Positions 13,834 through 26,754 are shown, numbered from the whole stretch's first letter. The stretch: DNA of 63,435 bases, filler included, from Octopus bimaculoides (GCF_001194135.2; 3 parts of 3 records of this genome joined end to end with filler, not necessarily neighbours in it); one strand, 5' to 3'. Translations and numbers: made by a program. Notes: a model not told the origin generated them from the sequence alone.

Positions 13834-14167
13834 NNNNNNNNNNNNNNNNNNNNNNNNNNNNNNNNNNNNNNNNNNNNNNNNNNNNNNNNNNNNNNNNNNN
13901 NNNNNNNNNNNNNNNNNNNNNNNNNNNNNNNNNNNNNNNNNNNNNNNNNNNNNNNNNNNNNNNNNNNNNNNNNNNNNNNNNNNNNNNNNNNNNNNNNNNN
14001 NNNNNNNNNNNNNNNNNNNNNNNNNNNNNNNNNNNNNNNNNNNNNNNNNNNNNNNNNNNNNNNNNNNNNNNNNNNNNNNNNNNNNNNNNNNNNNNNNNNN
14101 NNNNNNNNNNNNNNNNNNNNNNNNNNNNNNNNNNNNNNNNNNNNNNNNNNNNNNNNNNNNNNNNNNN

Positions 14168-14520
14168 TTTTTTTTTTTTTGCCGAACAGTTTATTACAGG
14201 AACATAAACAAACCAACAACGGTTGTCAAGTACACGTTTTCTTTTTGATGAACCGTTTATTACAGGGACATAAACAAACCAACAACAGTTGTCAAGTACA
14301 CACACACTATATATATGTGCGTGTGTGTGTGTGTGTGTGTTTGCGTGTGTGTGTGTGTGTGTTGTACACATATATACTGTAGGGTTCCGCACAGTCTTCG
14401 TCTACTGAATATAGTTCCAAGAAATAGGACGGTCTTGGGTTATAGTAAAAGACACTTGTCCCAGGTGCCGCGCAGTGGAAGTGAACTCGAAACGACGGGG
14501 TTCCCAAGCGTGCTTCTTAG
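14168..14520 (-). mobile_element. SINE family A pieces: two tandem ~70-bp tail fragments (14168-14295) and a head (14400-14520)
   Basis: The unit ...tttattacagg.acataaacaaaccaacaac.gttgtcaagtacac is duplicated. The head is in reverse complement. Confidence 0.7.
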
Positions 14521-14530
14521 CCGTCATTCT

Positions 14531-14856
14531 GGCACTTCGTCGGTTACGACGACGACGAGTGTTCCAGTTGATCCGATCAACAGAACAGCCATCTCGTGAA
14601 ATTAACTTGCAAGTGGCTGAGTACTCCACAGACACGTATAACTTTAACGTAGTTCTCAGGGAGATTCAGCGTGACAGAGAATGTAACAAAGCTGGGGACA
14701 CTTTACAGCTACAGCTTATTCTTGCCACCTGAGTGAAGTAGAATGGAGTAACTTGATATAAAATGTCTTGCTGGAAAACACAACGCGCCACCAGGTATCG
14801 AACTTTCGAACCTATGCTCGTGAGTCGAATACCCTAAGCAATAAACCACGCGCCTT
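14531..14856 (-). mobile_element. SINE family D, full copy (tRNA head, CORE-like body, tail shared with family C)
   Basis: Homologous to 27040-27345. The tail includes gttgatcggatcaactggaac..cgtcgtaaccgacgaagtgcc. Confidence 0.8.
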
Positions 14857-15408
14857 AATTTCTTAACCATACAGCTGCACCCATGTTAATAGTCAAAATG
14901 TCCTTTGATTATCGTTCTACCTGATCAAGATTCACTTAGGCTCGTTCATTTAACAAGAAAAACATTTTCCCATTCATGCAAATACATGCTATAAAATATG
15001 ATATGTTCAATCGTTGAAAACCCATGCTGGGAAAATACCTTCATATACATTAAATATTATAGAGACAGTCGAATACAAGCTCACACACACACACACACAC
15101 AGAGGAAAACCGACACGTAACTAAGAGAAGCAGAAATAACAGTAATTATAATAAGAATTAATAGTAATTATAAAAGAAATTGATAAGAGTTAAAGTCAAA
15201 AGCACCAATATTTGCGTACGTGGACAGGTAATATCAAACGTTATACACGATAATAATAACAAGCTTGAACACACGCGTTGATAGTAAATAAAGATAGCTT
15301 TATAATATCACGTACACTCATAAGCAGAAACTACATAGAGACATTATAAAAAGGCGTACACGTACATATATTGATACATCACATACTCACCATAATGATA
15401 ATAATAAT

Positions 15409-15573
15409 TTTTTATTATTTTTTTTATTGGTTGTAAGGATCGAACGCAAAACATATAGGGACAATACAAGGGGCGTATGGGGTGTTGAACACTAACGTGT
15501 ATACACTAAGTAACAAAAATTTTTAATAAAACAATTGAACAATAGAAATTCCCCTCCAAAAAGCGGGGAGTTC
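15409..15573 (-). mobile_element. 165-bp 5'-truncated retroposon 3' end (L1/Tx1-like) with AATAAA, a poly(A) tail and a 23-bp TSD
   Basis: ctcaccataatgataataataat is duplicated at 15386-15408 and 15574-15596. The minus strand ends caaccaataaaaaaaaataataaaaaaa. Confidence 0.7.
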
Positions 15574-16741
15574 CTCACCATAATGATAATAATAATAATA
15601 TAGAGAGAATGATAACGTTATGCAGATCGATAATATTACACTAATACACATTGATAACGTCACATGCATACATATATACATACATATATAGTAATAGCAT
15701 AACACTCACACACACACACACACACACACACACTAATACCACACGCACACGAAATGATAACATCACACGCGCGCGCACACACACACACGCATTTTTTTTT
15801 TTTTTTTTTTTTTTTTAAAGTTTCAGCTTAGAGCTGCGGCCATGCTGATATCAATGATATAACACACACACATCTATATTACATACAGATGCATGATAAG
15901 AGACACAACGGTAACATCACATCACATCACACAATAATATTGAAATAATACAGAACCAATAACANNNNNNNNNNNNNNNNNNNNNNNNNNNNNNNNNNNN
16001 NNNNNNNNNNNNNNNNNNNNNNNNNNNNNNNNNNNNNNNNNNNNNNNNNNNNNNNNNNNNNNNNNNNNNNNNNNNNNNNNNNNNNNNNNNNNNNNNNNNN
16101 NNNNNNNNNNNNNNNNNNNNNNNNNNNNNNNNNNNNNNNNNNNNNNNNNNNNNNNNNNNNNNNNNNNNNNNNNNNNNNNNNNNNNNNNNNNNNNNNNNNN
16201 NNNNNNNNNNNNNNNNNNNNNNNNNNNNNNNNNNNNNNNNNNNNNNNNNNNNNNNNNNNNNNNNNNNNNNNNNNNNNNNNNNNNNNNNNNNNNNNNNNNN
16301 NNNNNNNNNNNNNNNNNNNNNNNNNNNNNNNNNNNNNNNNNNNNNNNNNNNNNNNNNNNNNNNNNNNNNNNNNNNNNNNNNNNNNNNNNNNNNNNNNNNN
16401 NNNNNNNNNNNNNNNNNNNNNNNNNNNNNNNNNNNNNNNNNNNNNNNNNNNNNNNNNNNNNNNNNNNNNNNNNNNNNNNNNNNNNNNNNNNNNNNNNNNN
16501 NNNNNNNNNNNNNNNNNNNNNNNNNNNNNNNNNNNNNNNNNNNNNNNNNNNNNNNNNNNNNNNNNNNNNNNNNNNNNNNNNNNNNNNNNNNNNNNNNNNN
16601 NNNNNNNNNNNNNNNNNNNNNNNNNNNNNNNNNNNNNNNNNNNNNNNNNNNNNNNNNNNNNNNNNNNNNNNNNNNNNNNNNNNNNNNNNNNNNNNNNNNN
16701 NNNNNNNNNNNNNNNNNNNNNNNNNNNNNNNNNNNNNNNNN

Positions 16742-16801
<60 letters not shown>

Positions 16802-17588
16802 ACATACAAACACCCACACTCATTAGCTCCATCAATGGCCACCAGCAGCACCACCAACACTACGAGCACAACCACCACCACCACCACCACCACCACCATC
16901 ATTTCTATCAGCTGCACTATCGCATAGTAATACCACCACCACCACCACCACCACCATCACCACTACTAACTAACTGCACCGCATACTTCCACTATAACAC
17001 CAACACCACCGCCACATCTGTCGCCACGCCTCCGTCTTCACCATCTCTATCAGAAAGAACACACACACACACACACATACACACAAACACACACATACAA
17101 ACACACCATACGTACATATATACGCATACACACATACGAACAGACGCGCATACACACGCACGGACACACACATGAACAGAGGTACCATCATCACCACCGT
17201 CGCCGCCGCCACCACCACCACCACTACCACAGCAGCAGCCGCCACCGCCGCCGCCTTTACGCCAGCACGCAACATCACTCTGACCACCACCACCACCGCA
17301 ACCACCACCACCACCACCATCAGCTACAGCTACTAACAACTGCTGTTGTTACTGCTGCTGCTGCTGTTGGATCACTATACCACAACTACCACCACCACAA
17401 TCACTACTACTATTATTGTTACTACAACTACTATTACCACTACTACTACTACTACTACTGCTACTACTACTACTACCAGCCGCACCAAGTATTAAGCTAT
17501 CGCCGCGCACCGCTGTCTCTGTTATTTACTACAACACATGGAGTACCGCCGGAGTCCATGTAGGCAGTTCTAATGAGAGCGAGACACT

Positions 17589-17685
17589 ATGGCATGCCTT
17601 TCGGACTGGATATTACGCTACGGCTGTTTTCTATGGATTTTTACCTGGTTGTCGATGGACACACACGCCAAACGAACGCAAACCT
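17589..17685 (+). CDS. Candidate first coding exon of a secreted or membrane protein (signal-peptide-like MACLSDWILRYGCFLWIFTWLSMDTHAKRTQT)
   Basis: Strong Kozak context (actATGG), a hydrophobic core, T-H-A fitting the (-3,-1) rule, and a GTGAGT donor at 17686 giving a phase-1 intron. The sequence is non-repetitive. No downstream exon was found and no homology was tested. Confidence 0.4.
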
Positions 17686-18372
17686 GTGAGTAAAATCCAC
17701 AGTTTTTGGTCCTCGTCATTTCATAGTTGTGATACTTTATAAATGTTCTTATCGCGGTGGTTGGTTGGCCGGCTGGCTGGCTGGCTGGCTGGTTGTGCTG
17801 CGGTCTGGGTTTTTTTTTTTTTTTNNNNNNNNNNTTTTTTTTTTTTTTGTTCGCTATTGTCGTTTTATTATTGTTTTGTTTCCTGTTGTTGCTCTTTTTG
17901 TTATTGTTCAGCTACAGGTCAGTTTTGACTGAGAAGGTTTACGATTAACGATATTCCACTCGTGACAACCTCGCTGATTATTTTATTCTATTTTATTTTA
18001 TTTTATTTTTCATTTTATTTATTTGTTTTCTTTTGTAATGATACTGTACGGTGTGAATCGAAGTCTATGTGTTGGTGGAAGGCAACTGGCTGTTATTTCT
18101 AGCATGTGGAACGAGCTATGTACAGACTCCCCTTGCGGTTAATGGTGTCTGTCCGAGGTTATAGTTAAAAATAGTTATTGTGACCATTGAGGTCATAAGA
18201 GCGATGTTATTGTCGTAGTTGTCACCAGAGCAGTGACTGTTTTTAAAACACACCTAGCGAACTCAGACCCGGGAATGATCACAAACACTTCGTTGTTGCT
18301 GTTATTACGAATGTTATTGTTTAACACCGAGTCGAGACCAGGATCGAACTAGATTATTTCTCTCTCTCTCCC

Positions 18373-18420
<48 letters not shown>

Positions 18421-19029
18421 NNNNNNNNNNNNNNNNNNNNNNNNNNNNNNNNNNNNNNNNNNNNNNNNNNNNNNNNNNNNNNNNNNNNNNNNNNNNNNNN
18501 NNNNNNNNNNNNNNNNNNNNNNNNNNNNNNNNNNNNNNNNNNNNNNNNNNNNNNNNNNNNNNNNNNNNNNNNNNNNNNNNNNNNNNNNNNNNNNNNNNNN
18601 NNNNNNNNNNNNNNNNNNNNNNNNNNNNNNNNNNNNNNNNNNNNNNNNNNNNNNNNNNNNNNNNNNNNNNNNNNNNNNNNNNNNNNNNNNNNNNNNNNNN
18701 NNNNNNNNNNNNNNNNNNNNNNNNNNNNNNNNNNNNNNNNNNNNNNNNNNNNNNNNNNNNNNNNNNNNNNNNNNNNNNNNNNNNNNNNNNNNNNNNNNNN
18801 NNNNNNNNNNNNNNNNNNNNNNNNNNNNNNNNNNNNNNNNNNNNNNNNNNNNNNNNNNNNNNNNNNNNNNNNNNNNNNNNNNNNNNNNNNNNNNNNNNNN
18901 NNNNNNNNNNNNNNNNNNNNNNNNNNNNNNNNNNNNNNNNNNNNNNNNNNNNNNNNNNNNNNNNNNNNNNNNCCCCCCCCGCCCCAGGTGTTCTTTCTTA
19001 GTGATCCTTCTTGTTATTTCCATTTCGGT

Positions 19030-19990
19030 TGCATATTTCTGGCCCATTTTCTGTGTCGGGTTTGAAGTGTGGTCCCTTTATGTTTCGGTTGTATAGTGAA
19101 TTCATTTTTATGTCTTCGGTGTATAACGTATTCACATTTATGTTTCGGGTGTTTGGTGGGTCATGTTTTTGTTTTGGATGTATATTAGAATCGCTTTTGT
19201 ATTTCGGGTGTATGGTGTACTCACATTTATGTTTCGGGTATGTAGTAGGCCCCGTTTCTGTTTCGGGTATATAGAGAAATCACTTTTGCATTTCGTGTAT
19301 ATAGGGAAATCACTTTTGCATTTCGTGTATATAGAGAAATCACTTTTGCATTTCGGGTGTATGATGTACTATATCTATTTATGTTGGGTCAAGTTTGTGT
19401 TTCGGGTATATAGTGAAATCACTTCTGCATTTCGAGTATATATATGATGCACTCACATTTATATTTCGGGTATATTGTGTAGGTCATCTGTGTGTCGGGT
19501 GTATACTGAAATCACCTTTGTGTCTCGGGTTTATAATGTGCTTACATTTGTGTTTCGGGTATATAGTGAAATCACTTTTCTGATTCGGCTGTATTGTGTA
19601 ATGACATCTATATTCCGGGTATATAGTAGGTCATTTTTGTGTTTCGGGTGTATAGTGAGCTCACATTTGTGTTTCAGGTATACAGTGTGCTTGCACTTGT
19701 GTCTTGAATTTATAGTGTAGTGTTTCGGGTGTAGAGTGTGGCCACATTTGTATGTTCGGATGTGTAGTGAAATCACTTTTGTGTTTCGACTGTAGAGGGC
19801 AGTCACATTTGTGTTGGAGTATATAGTGTGGTCGCTTTGTGTTACTAGTGTGTAGAGCGGTCACTCTTGTGTTTCGGTTTTGTATTGTAGTCATTCTTGT
19901 ATTGCAGACATTCTTGTGTTCCGGTTGCTTATTTATGGTCATCCTTGTGTTTATTTGTGACCATTCTGGTTTCGGGTGGTTTTTGTAGTG
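19030..19990. repeat. Minisatellite array, ~30-bp unit (e.g. tttcgggtatatagtgaaatcacttttgca), roughly 30 copies
   Basis: Three near-identical 30-mers at 19261-19350. The tttcgggt core recurs about every 29-31 bp. Confidence 0.9.
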
Positions 19991-20015
19991 ATTCTTCTGT
20001 ATCGGTCGGTTATGT

Positions 20016-20149
20016 CAGGTGCGGTCCCAGGAATTTTTCGAAGAGAGGGGACAAGCTCAGAAGGGAATACAATTCCAGAAGAAAATGGCATAATAACATT
20101 GTTTAGAAATGCGCACGAGCCCCTCAGGCTCCCCTTGGGTCCACTCCTG
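20016..20149. mobile_element. Small decayed MITE with CAGG-type terminal inverted repeats
   Basis: Left end caggtgcggtcccagg; the right end reverse-complements to caggagtggacccaagg. No clear TSD. Confidence 0.5.
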
Positions 20150-20319
20150 TATTTGGTGGCCCTTCATATTGTTTCGAGTTCTCATTGTAATTATACATGT
20201 ACTGCGGCTATTTTGTGGTAATGTGTGCTTATTTCACCTGTGTGTACCTGACCATTCTTGTGCTTCGGAACTGGCAGAAGCATTAGAGTATCACAAAAAA
20301 AGAAGAAAAAAAAACGTAT

Positions 20320-21115
20320 AGGCGCAGGAGTGGCTGTGTGCTAAGTAGCTAGCGGTTCGGCAAAAGAGAACAATAGAATAAGTACTAGGCTTACAAAGAA
20401 TAATTTCTGGGGTCGATTTTCTCGACTAAAGGTGGTGCTTCAGCATGGCCGCAGTCAAATGACTGAAGCAAGTAAAAGAGTAAAAAGAGAGAGAGTAAAG
20501 AGTAAAAAAATGCTTCGCTGTTTTGTACCGGCTCTTTACGTTCTGAGTTTAAATCATACCGCGGTCAGCTTCTTCTTTCATCCATCCGAAGTCGATAATA
20601 TAGGCATCATTCAAATACTGTAATCGGTCGTATCGACTGACCCCCCCGTCCCCTCAAAATTCTTGGTTCTATGCCAAAATAAAAACTTAGTTCTCTTTCG
20701 GTCGTTTATACTTATTATAAGTTATTTCGATAGGTGCAGGCGTAGTTGTGTGGTAAGAAGTTTGCTTCCCAACTGCAAGGTTCCGGGTTCAATTTAACCG
20801 CGTGACACCTTGGGCAAGTGTCTTCTATATCCTCCAGCCGACCAAAGCCTTGTGAGTGGATTTGATAGAGGAAACTGAAAGAAGCTCGTTGTATGTATAT
20901 ATATATATGTGCGTGTATCTGTGTTTGTCCCCCCACCACCATCACTTGACAACCGACGCTGGTGTGTTTAACGTCCCTGTAACCAACGGTTCTGCAAAAG
21001 AGTCCGATAGAATAAATACTAGGCTTACAAAGAATAAATCCTGGGGTCGATTTGTCGGACTAAAGGCGGTGCTCCAGGGTGGTCGCAGTCAAATAACTGA
21101 AACAAGTAAAATAAG
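20320..21115 (+). mobile_element. SINE family A: head-to-tail deleted copy (20320-20500) and a full copy (20732-21115)
   Basis: The first copy joins ...taagtagc directly to tagcggttcggcaaaagag. The second has all modules. Confidence 0.9.
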
Positions 21116-21619
21116 TTTGCTGCGCTCATTCCTGTTTCGAATGTGTACAGTGATCGTTCTTGTGTTTCAAATGTTGTTGGTTTTGTTGTAGTTAACAAAT
21201 GGATTTATTATTGTATTTGTTGCACTGTCCCATGCCAACACTGATCCAGCTGATTCATTAATCAAAGCCGTGCCAGCTATGACCATCCCGTCTTTTATTC
21301 AAACATTCCATCTAAAATCTACAGTGGGATCTTCTACGTGATCATTCGATCTGTTAGAAATAAGAGCCAAATCACCCTCAAATGACAGTGCGTATTCTTA
21401 TACAAGGAAACAACACATTAAATAACGTAGCCCCTCCCTGATCCCCAAAAGACTAGATGGTCACGAGTGGATGGTCACAACGGGAATATCTTTTGTTTTT
21501 GATCGAAAGGAGTTAGCTTGAGATTAAAACATTATCCATTATGACCTTCCGTTTTTTAAGGTGTCAGGGAATGGTTTGAGGGAGATTTGGTCGCTATTTC
21601 TAGAAGGTAAGGTGGCCGT

Positions 21620-22196
21620 GTAGTGACACCTTATTGTTGCACTTGTCGTGTTAACTGTTACTAAATCATTGTTGTAACGACAATGATCGTTGTCGTAGTT
21701 GTGAAGGAGTTGTGGTTGTGTTGTGAGTCTGATTGAGTTGTTTTCAATATCGGTGTTGTTTGTAGTTGTTGTTGTAAGTCTGATTGTGTTGTGATCGTTG
21801 TTGGTGGTCACTGCAGTTGTTGTGAGTGTGGGTGCGTCGTAAATATTGCTGTCATTGTACGTAGTAGTTGTGACTGAGTTGTGAACATTGGTGTTGCTGT
21901 CTGCGCTTAGTTGTGTTTCTGTTGGGACTCCAAGTTGCATTACAATTGTTGTTTGTGGTGACTTTGTTGTTGCGAATGTAATTGTTACAGTTAGAGTCAT
22001 TGTTGTGAGTACTGTTGCTCTGTTCTGGTTGGAAATGTTGTTACAAGTGTGTTCGCGGTCGTGGTTACCATTGTTGTTGTGAACGCTGTCGTAAGCGGTT
22101 GCTATTGTTATGATCGTGTGGTTTGGTTTGATGTGACTAATCCTGCTGTGAGTTTAAATGTTGTGGTTGTTACTGATGTTGTTGTCCTGGTGTGGT

Positions 22197-22232
<36 letters not shown>

Positions 22233-22500
22233 GTGGTTGTTGTTGCGATTGTGTTTATCATTATGGCTGTTATTGGGTTGTGAATGTAGTTGTAATGGTC
22301 GTAGTGATTTTCGTCGTTATAATTGTTGTTGAGGTTGTTCATTGTGACACGTGGAACTAACTCTAACCTCAGGTCATTCCATTGACATCCGTCACCGTCG
22401 GTGGCAACGATGTTGGTAAAGTTATTGTTGTTGCAGTTATTGTTGGCAATAATAACGTCCCGTGGCGGCGGCGGCGGCGGCGGCAGCGGTGATTAGTTGT
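21620..22500. repeat. Degenerate (GTT/GTG)n low-complexity tract
   Basis: GTT-rich sequence that produces spurious Thr/Asn/Val-rich ORFs. Confidence 0.8.
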
Positions 22501-22559
22501 TGCTGATGCTGTCCCGGATTAGACCCAGCACATTCGACTTGAACCCGAAATACTACAGA

Positions 22560-22660
22560 AAGTCAATTCTTTTACTTGTTTCAATCATTTCACTGCGGCC
22601 ATGCTGGAGCACCGCCTTTCGTCGAACAGATCAACTCCAGGACTTATTCTTTGTATTATC
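22560..22660 (-). mobile_element. SINE family A tail fragment
   Basis: Reverse-complement tail (ttttacttgtttcaatcatttcactgcggccatgctggagcaccgcc). Confidence 0.8.
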
Positions 22661-23207
22661 ATCATTATTGTATANNNNNNNNNNNNNNNNNNNNNNNNNN
22701 NNNNNNNNNNNNNNNNNNNNNNNNNNNNNNNNNNNNNNNNNNNNNNNNNNNNNNNNNNNNNNNNNNNNNNNNNNNNNNNNNNNNNNNNNNNNNNNNNNNN
22801 NNNNNNNNNNNNNNNNNNNNNNNNNNNNNNNNNNNNNNNNNNNNNNNNNNNNNNNNNNNNNNNNNNNNNNNNNNNNNNNNNNNNNNNNNNNNNNNNNNNN
22901 NNNNNNNNNNNNNNNNNNNNNNNNNNNNNNNNNNNNNNNNNNNNNNNNNNNNNNNNNNNNNNNNNNNNNNNNNNNNNNNNNNNNNNNNNNNNNNNNNNNN
23001 NNNNNNNNNNNNNNNNNNNNNNNNNNNNNNNNNNNNNNNNNNNNNNNNNNNNNNNNNNNNNNNNNNNNNNNNNNNNNNNNNNNNNNNNNNNNNNNNNNNN
23101 NNNNNNNNNNNNNNNNNNNNNNNNNNNNNNNNNNNNNNNNNNNNNNNNNNNNNNNNNNNNNNNNNNNNNNNNNNNNNNNNNNNNNNNNNNNNNNNNNNNN
23201 NNNNCGT

Positions 23208-23580
23208 AGAGGCGCAATGACCCAGTGGTTAGGGTAACGGACTCGCGGTCATAGGATCGCGGTTTCGATTCCGATTCCCAGACCGGGTGTTGTGAGTGCT
23301 TATTGAGCGAAGACGCCTAAAGCTCCACGAGGCTCCGGCAGGGGATGGTGGCGAACCCTCCTGTACTCTTTCATCACAACTTTCTCTCACTCTTACTTCC
23401 TGTTTCTGTTGTGCCTGTAGTTCAAAGGGTCAGCCTTGTCACACTGTGTCACGCTGAATATCCCCGAGAACTACGTTATGGGTACACGTGTCTGTGGAGT
23501 GCTCAGCCACTTGCACGTTAATTTCACGAGCAGGCTGTTCCGTAAGCGACGGAGTGCCAACATGATCAAATGTGTCCCTG
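23208..23580 (+). mobile_element. SINE family C (tRNA-like head ggcgcaatg.cccagtggttaggg, unique body, shared C/D tail)
   Basis: Homologous along its length to the reverse-complement copy at 49075-49461. Confidence 0.85.
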
Positions 23581-23976
23581 CCATGATCATCATGTATTTC
23601 ATTAACTCACAAAACTTTCTCGACATTTTTTCTTAAAAGTAAATGGTGATTTGACTGTTGCTTTTAGCACGTCCCACGACCACAGAGAGGTTCTCTAGTT
23701 TGCGATGTTAGTTGTTGTTGTTGTTATTGTTGCGTTAGCCTCAGATCGAGCAAATAATCGAAGGTATTCCATTTGTGACCATATTTCCTATGAACCGGGA
23801 CATCATAACTTATGACCCAGTGCGTCTTGCTATTAAGTTTGCAGGGACATGTCTTATAAGAGGGATCTGATTCAACAGGTATAATGGCCCCCAACAGTCT
23901 GGTGCCAGAACAGTCAGAAAGACACCCGTGACTATTTGCCGGCCCCTTGGCCACAGAGAGAAAAAATAAAGAACAT

Positions 23977-24143
23977 GCGAAGGAGTGGCTGTGTGGTAAG
24001 TAGCTTGCTTACCAACCACATGGTTCTGGGTTCAGTCTTACTGTGTGACATCTTGGGTAGGTGTCTTCTACTATATAGACTCCGGCCGACCAAAGCCTTG
24101 TGTGTGGATTTAGTAGACGGAAACTGAAAGAAGCCCGTCGTAT

Positions 24144-24183
<40 letters not shown>

Positions 24184-24291
24184 AGAATTCACAAATATAT
24201 ATATGTAAGTATGTATGTAAATGCATGTGTTTATGTTTGTGTGTCTGTGTTCACCCCCCAACATCGCTTGACATTCAACAGGTACATTGGC
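23977..24291 (+). mobile_element. SINE family A, cut by an assembly gap
   Basis: Head, body, microsatellite and the start of the tail. The internal (TA)n carries a gggagaattcacaaa terminus. Confidence 0.9.
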
Positions 24292-25054
24292 NNNNNNNNN
24301 NNNNNNNNNNNNNNNNNNNNNNNNNNNNNNNNNNNNNNNNNNNNNNNNNNNNNNNNNNNNNNNNNNNNNNNNNNNNNNNNNNNNNNNNNNNNNNNNNNNN
24401 NNNNNNNNNNNNNNNNNNNNNNNNNNNNNNNNNNNNNNNNNNNNNNNNNNNNNNNNNNNNNNNNNNNNNNNNNNNNNNNNNNNNNNNNNNNNNNNNNNNN
24501 NNNNNNNNNNNNNNNNNNNNNNNNNNNNNNNNNNNNNNNNNNNNNNNNNNNNNNNNNNNNNNNNNNNNNNNNNNNNNNNNNNNNNNNNNNNNNNNNNNNN
24601 NNNNNNNNNNNNNNNNNNNNNNNNNNNNNNNNNNNNNNNNNNNNNNNNNNNNNNNNNNNNNNNNNNNNNNNNNNNNNNNNNNNNNNNNNNNNNNNNNNNN
24701 NNNNNNNNNNNNNNNNNNNNNNNNNNNNNNNNNNNNNNNNNNNNNNNNNNNNNNNNNNNNNNNNNNNNNNNNNNNNNNNNNNNNNNNNNNNNNNNNNNNN
24801 NNNNNNNNNNNNNNNNNNNNNNNNNNNNNNNNNNNNNNNNNNNNNNNNNNNNNNNNNNNNNNNNNNNNNNNNNNNNNNNNNNNNNNNNNNNNNNNNNNNN
24901 NNNNNNNNNNNNNNNNNNNNNNNNNNNNNNNNNNNNNNNNNNNNNNNNNNNNNNNNNNNNNNNNNNNNNNNNNNNNNNNNNNNNNNNNNNNNNNNNNNNN
25001 NNNNNNNNNNNNNNNNNNNNNNNNNNNNNNNNNNNNNNNNNNNNNNNNNNNNNN

Positions 25055-25860
25055 NGCATTTCAGTGTAATTCTGTGTGTGTGTGTGTGTGTGTGTATGTG
25101 TGCGTATGTACATTTCAGTGTAATTTTGTGCATGCATGTGTGTGCATTTCAGTGTGATCGTGTGTTCGAGTGTTCGTGTGTGTGTCTACGTGCTTGTGTG
25201 TTTTTGCATTTGTGTGTGTGCCAGCAATTGTGTCTATCAATCTTTGTATGTATGCGATTATTTGTACCTGCGTGTATACCTGTCTTTGTCTATGTGTGTA
25301 TGCGTTTGTGAGTCTGAATGTGTATGCGTGTGAATGCGTGCGCGTTTTTTCGTGTGACTGAGTGAATGAATGAATCTGTGTGTCTGTGCACGTGTTTATG
25401 TGTGTGTGTGTTTCACTGCGTATGTTTATGCGTAATAGTAATGTGTATGTGTGTATGTTTGCATGTCTGTGTGTGTAAATTTATGTGTATGTGTTTTAAT
25501 GCAATAATATACGTGTGTGTCACGGTATGTCTGTGTGTATATATTTGTTTGTATGTGTGTGTGTGTTTCTATGTGTATATGTTTTCATGTAATAATTTAT
25601 GTGTGTATGTATGTATGTATGTATGTGGCTATAGTTGTGTATATGTTTTTATGTAATAATCTACGTGTGTGTGATTGTATTCCTGTGTATGTATCTGTGT
25701 CAATATTTGTCTGTGAGTGTGTGTGTGTTTCTATGTGTATGTGTTTTCATGTAATAATCTATGTGTGTGTGTTCATATGTGGCTATAGTTGTGTATATCT
25801 TTTTATGTAATAATCTATGTGTGTGTGTGTGTGTGTATGTGTGTGTGTGTGTGTGTGTGT
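25055..25860. repeat. (GT)-rich compound satellite with longer repeated units
   Basis: catttcagtgt(a/g)at occurs three times. ttt(c/t)atgtaataat(c/t)ta.gtgtgtg and atgtggctatagttgtgtatat units are repeated. Confidence 0.7.
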
Positions 25861-26107
25861 GTCTGTGTGCTTATGTGCGTGTGCACTTTGTATGTCTGTG
25901 TGCGACTGTATGAATATGACCGTATATATTGCGTCCGATGCCGTGTGCGTCTGGATGAACGCGCCTATATCCAGCGCATGTATTTGTGTGTGTACACGCG
26001 CACGTGCACACACACATACACACATACACACACAATACACTAGATTCCATGTAGACTGGGACGATAACTTGGATATAGTCCGCAGTTGGATATCTACTGA
26101 GAAAGAC

Positions 26108-26143
<36 letters not shown>

Positions 26144-26248
26144 GAAGGTAAACAGAGAGGCTAATATCGTCAAGCTGTCAAACGCTGTGGATGAATTTGG
26201 TGAATAATTCATCAAACTGTCTATGTGGGGTTACTGCACATATAATAT

Positions 26249-26575
26249 AGGCTCAGGCGTGGCTGTGTGGTAAGAAGCTTGCTTACCAACCACATGGTCC
26301 CGGGTTCAGTCCTGCTGCGTGGCACCTTCGGCAAGTGTCTTCTACTGAAGCTTCGGGCCGACCAAAGCCTTGTGAGTGGATTTGGTTGACGGAAACTGAA
26401 AGAAACCCGTCGTATATATATATATGTATGTATGTGTGCTTGTATGTGTGTGTGTGTGTCTGTGCTTGTCCCCCCACCCCACCCATCACCAACATTGCTT
26501 CACAACCGATGTTGGTGTGTTTACATCCCTGGCAAAAAGTTACCGATAGAATAAGTACTAGGCTTACAAAGGAGG
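26249..26575 (+). mobile_element. SINE family A, 3'-truncated
   Basis: Head, body, microsatellite and partial tail. Confidence 0.9.
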
Positions 26576-26683
26576 TTCACATCCTGATGAAAGTAGATTC
26601 AGCAAAATATTTTGAATTAATATAACAGTAATGAGATAGGAAGGTGGAGAAGAAGCATGAGCTCTTTCCTATTTAGACAGCCA

Positions 26684-26754
<71 letters not shown>

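Noticed and set aside
21539-22000. Mucin-like Thr-rich 153-aa ORF
   Set aside because: It lies within a degenerate GTT tract, with no splice or homology support.
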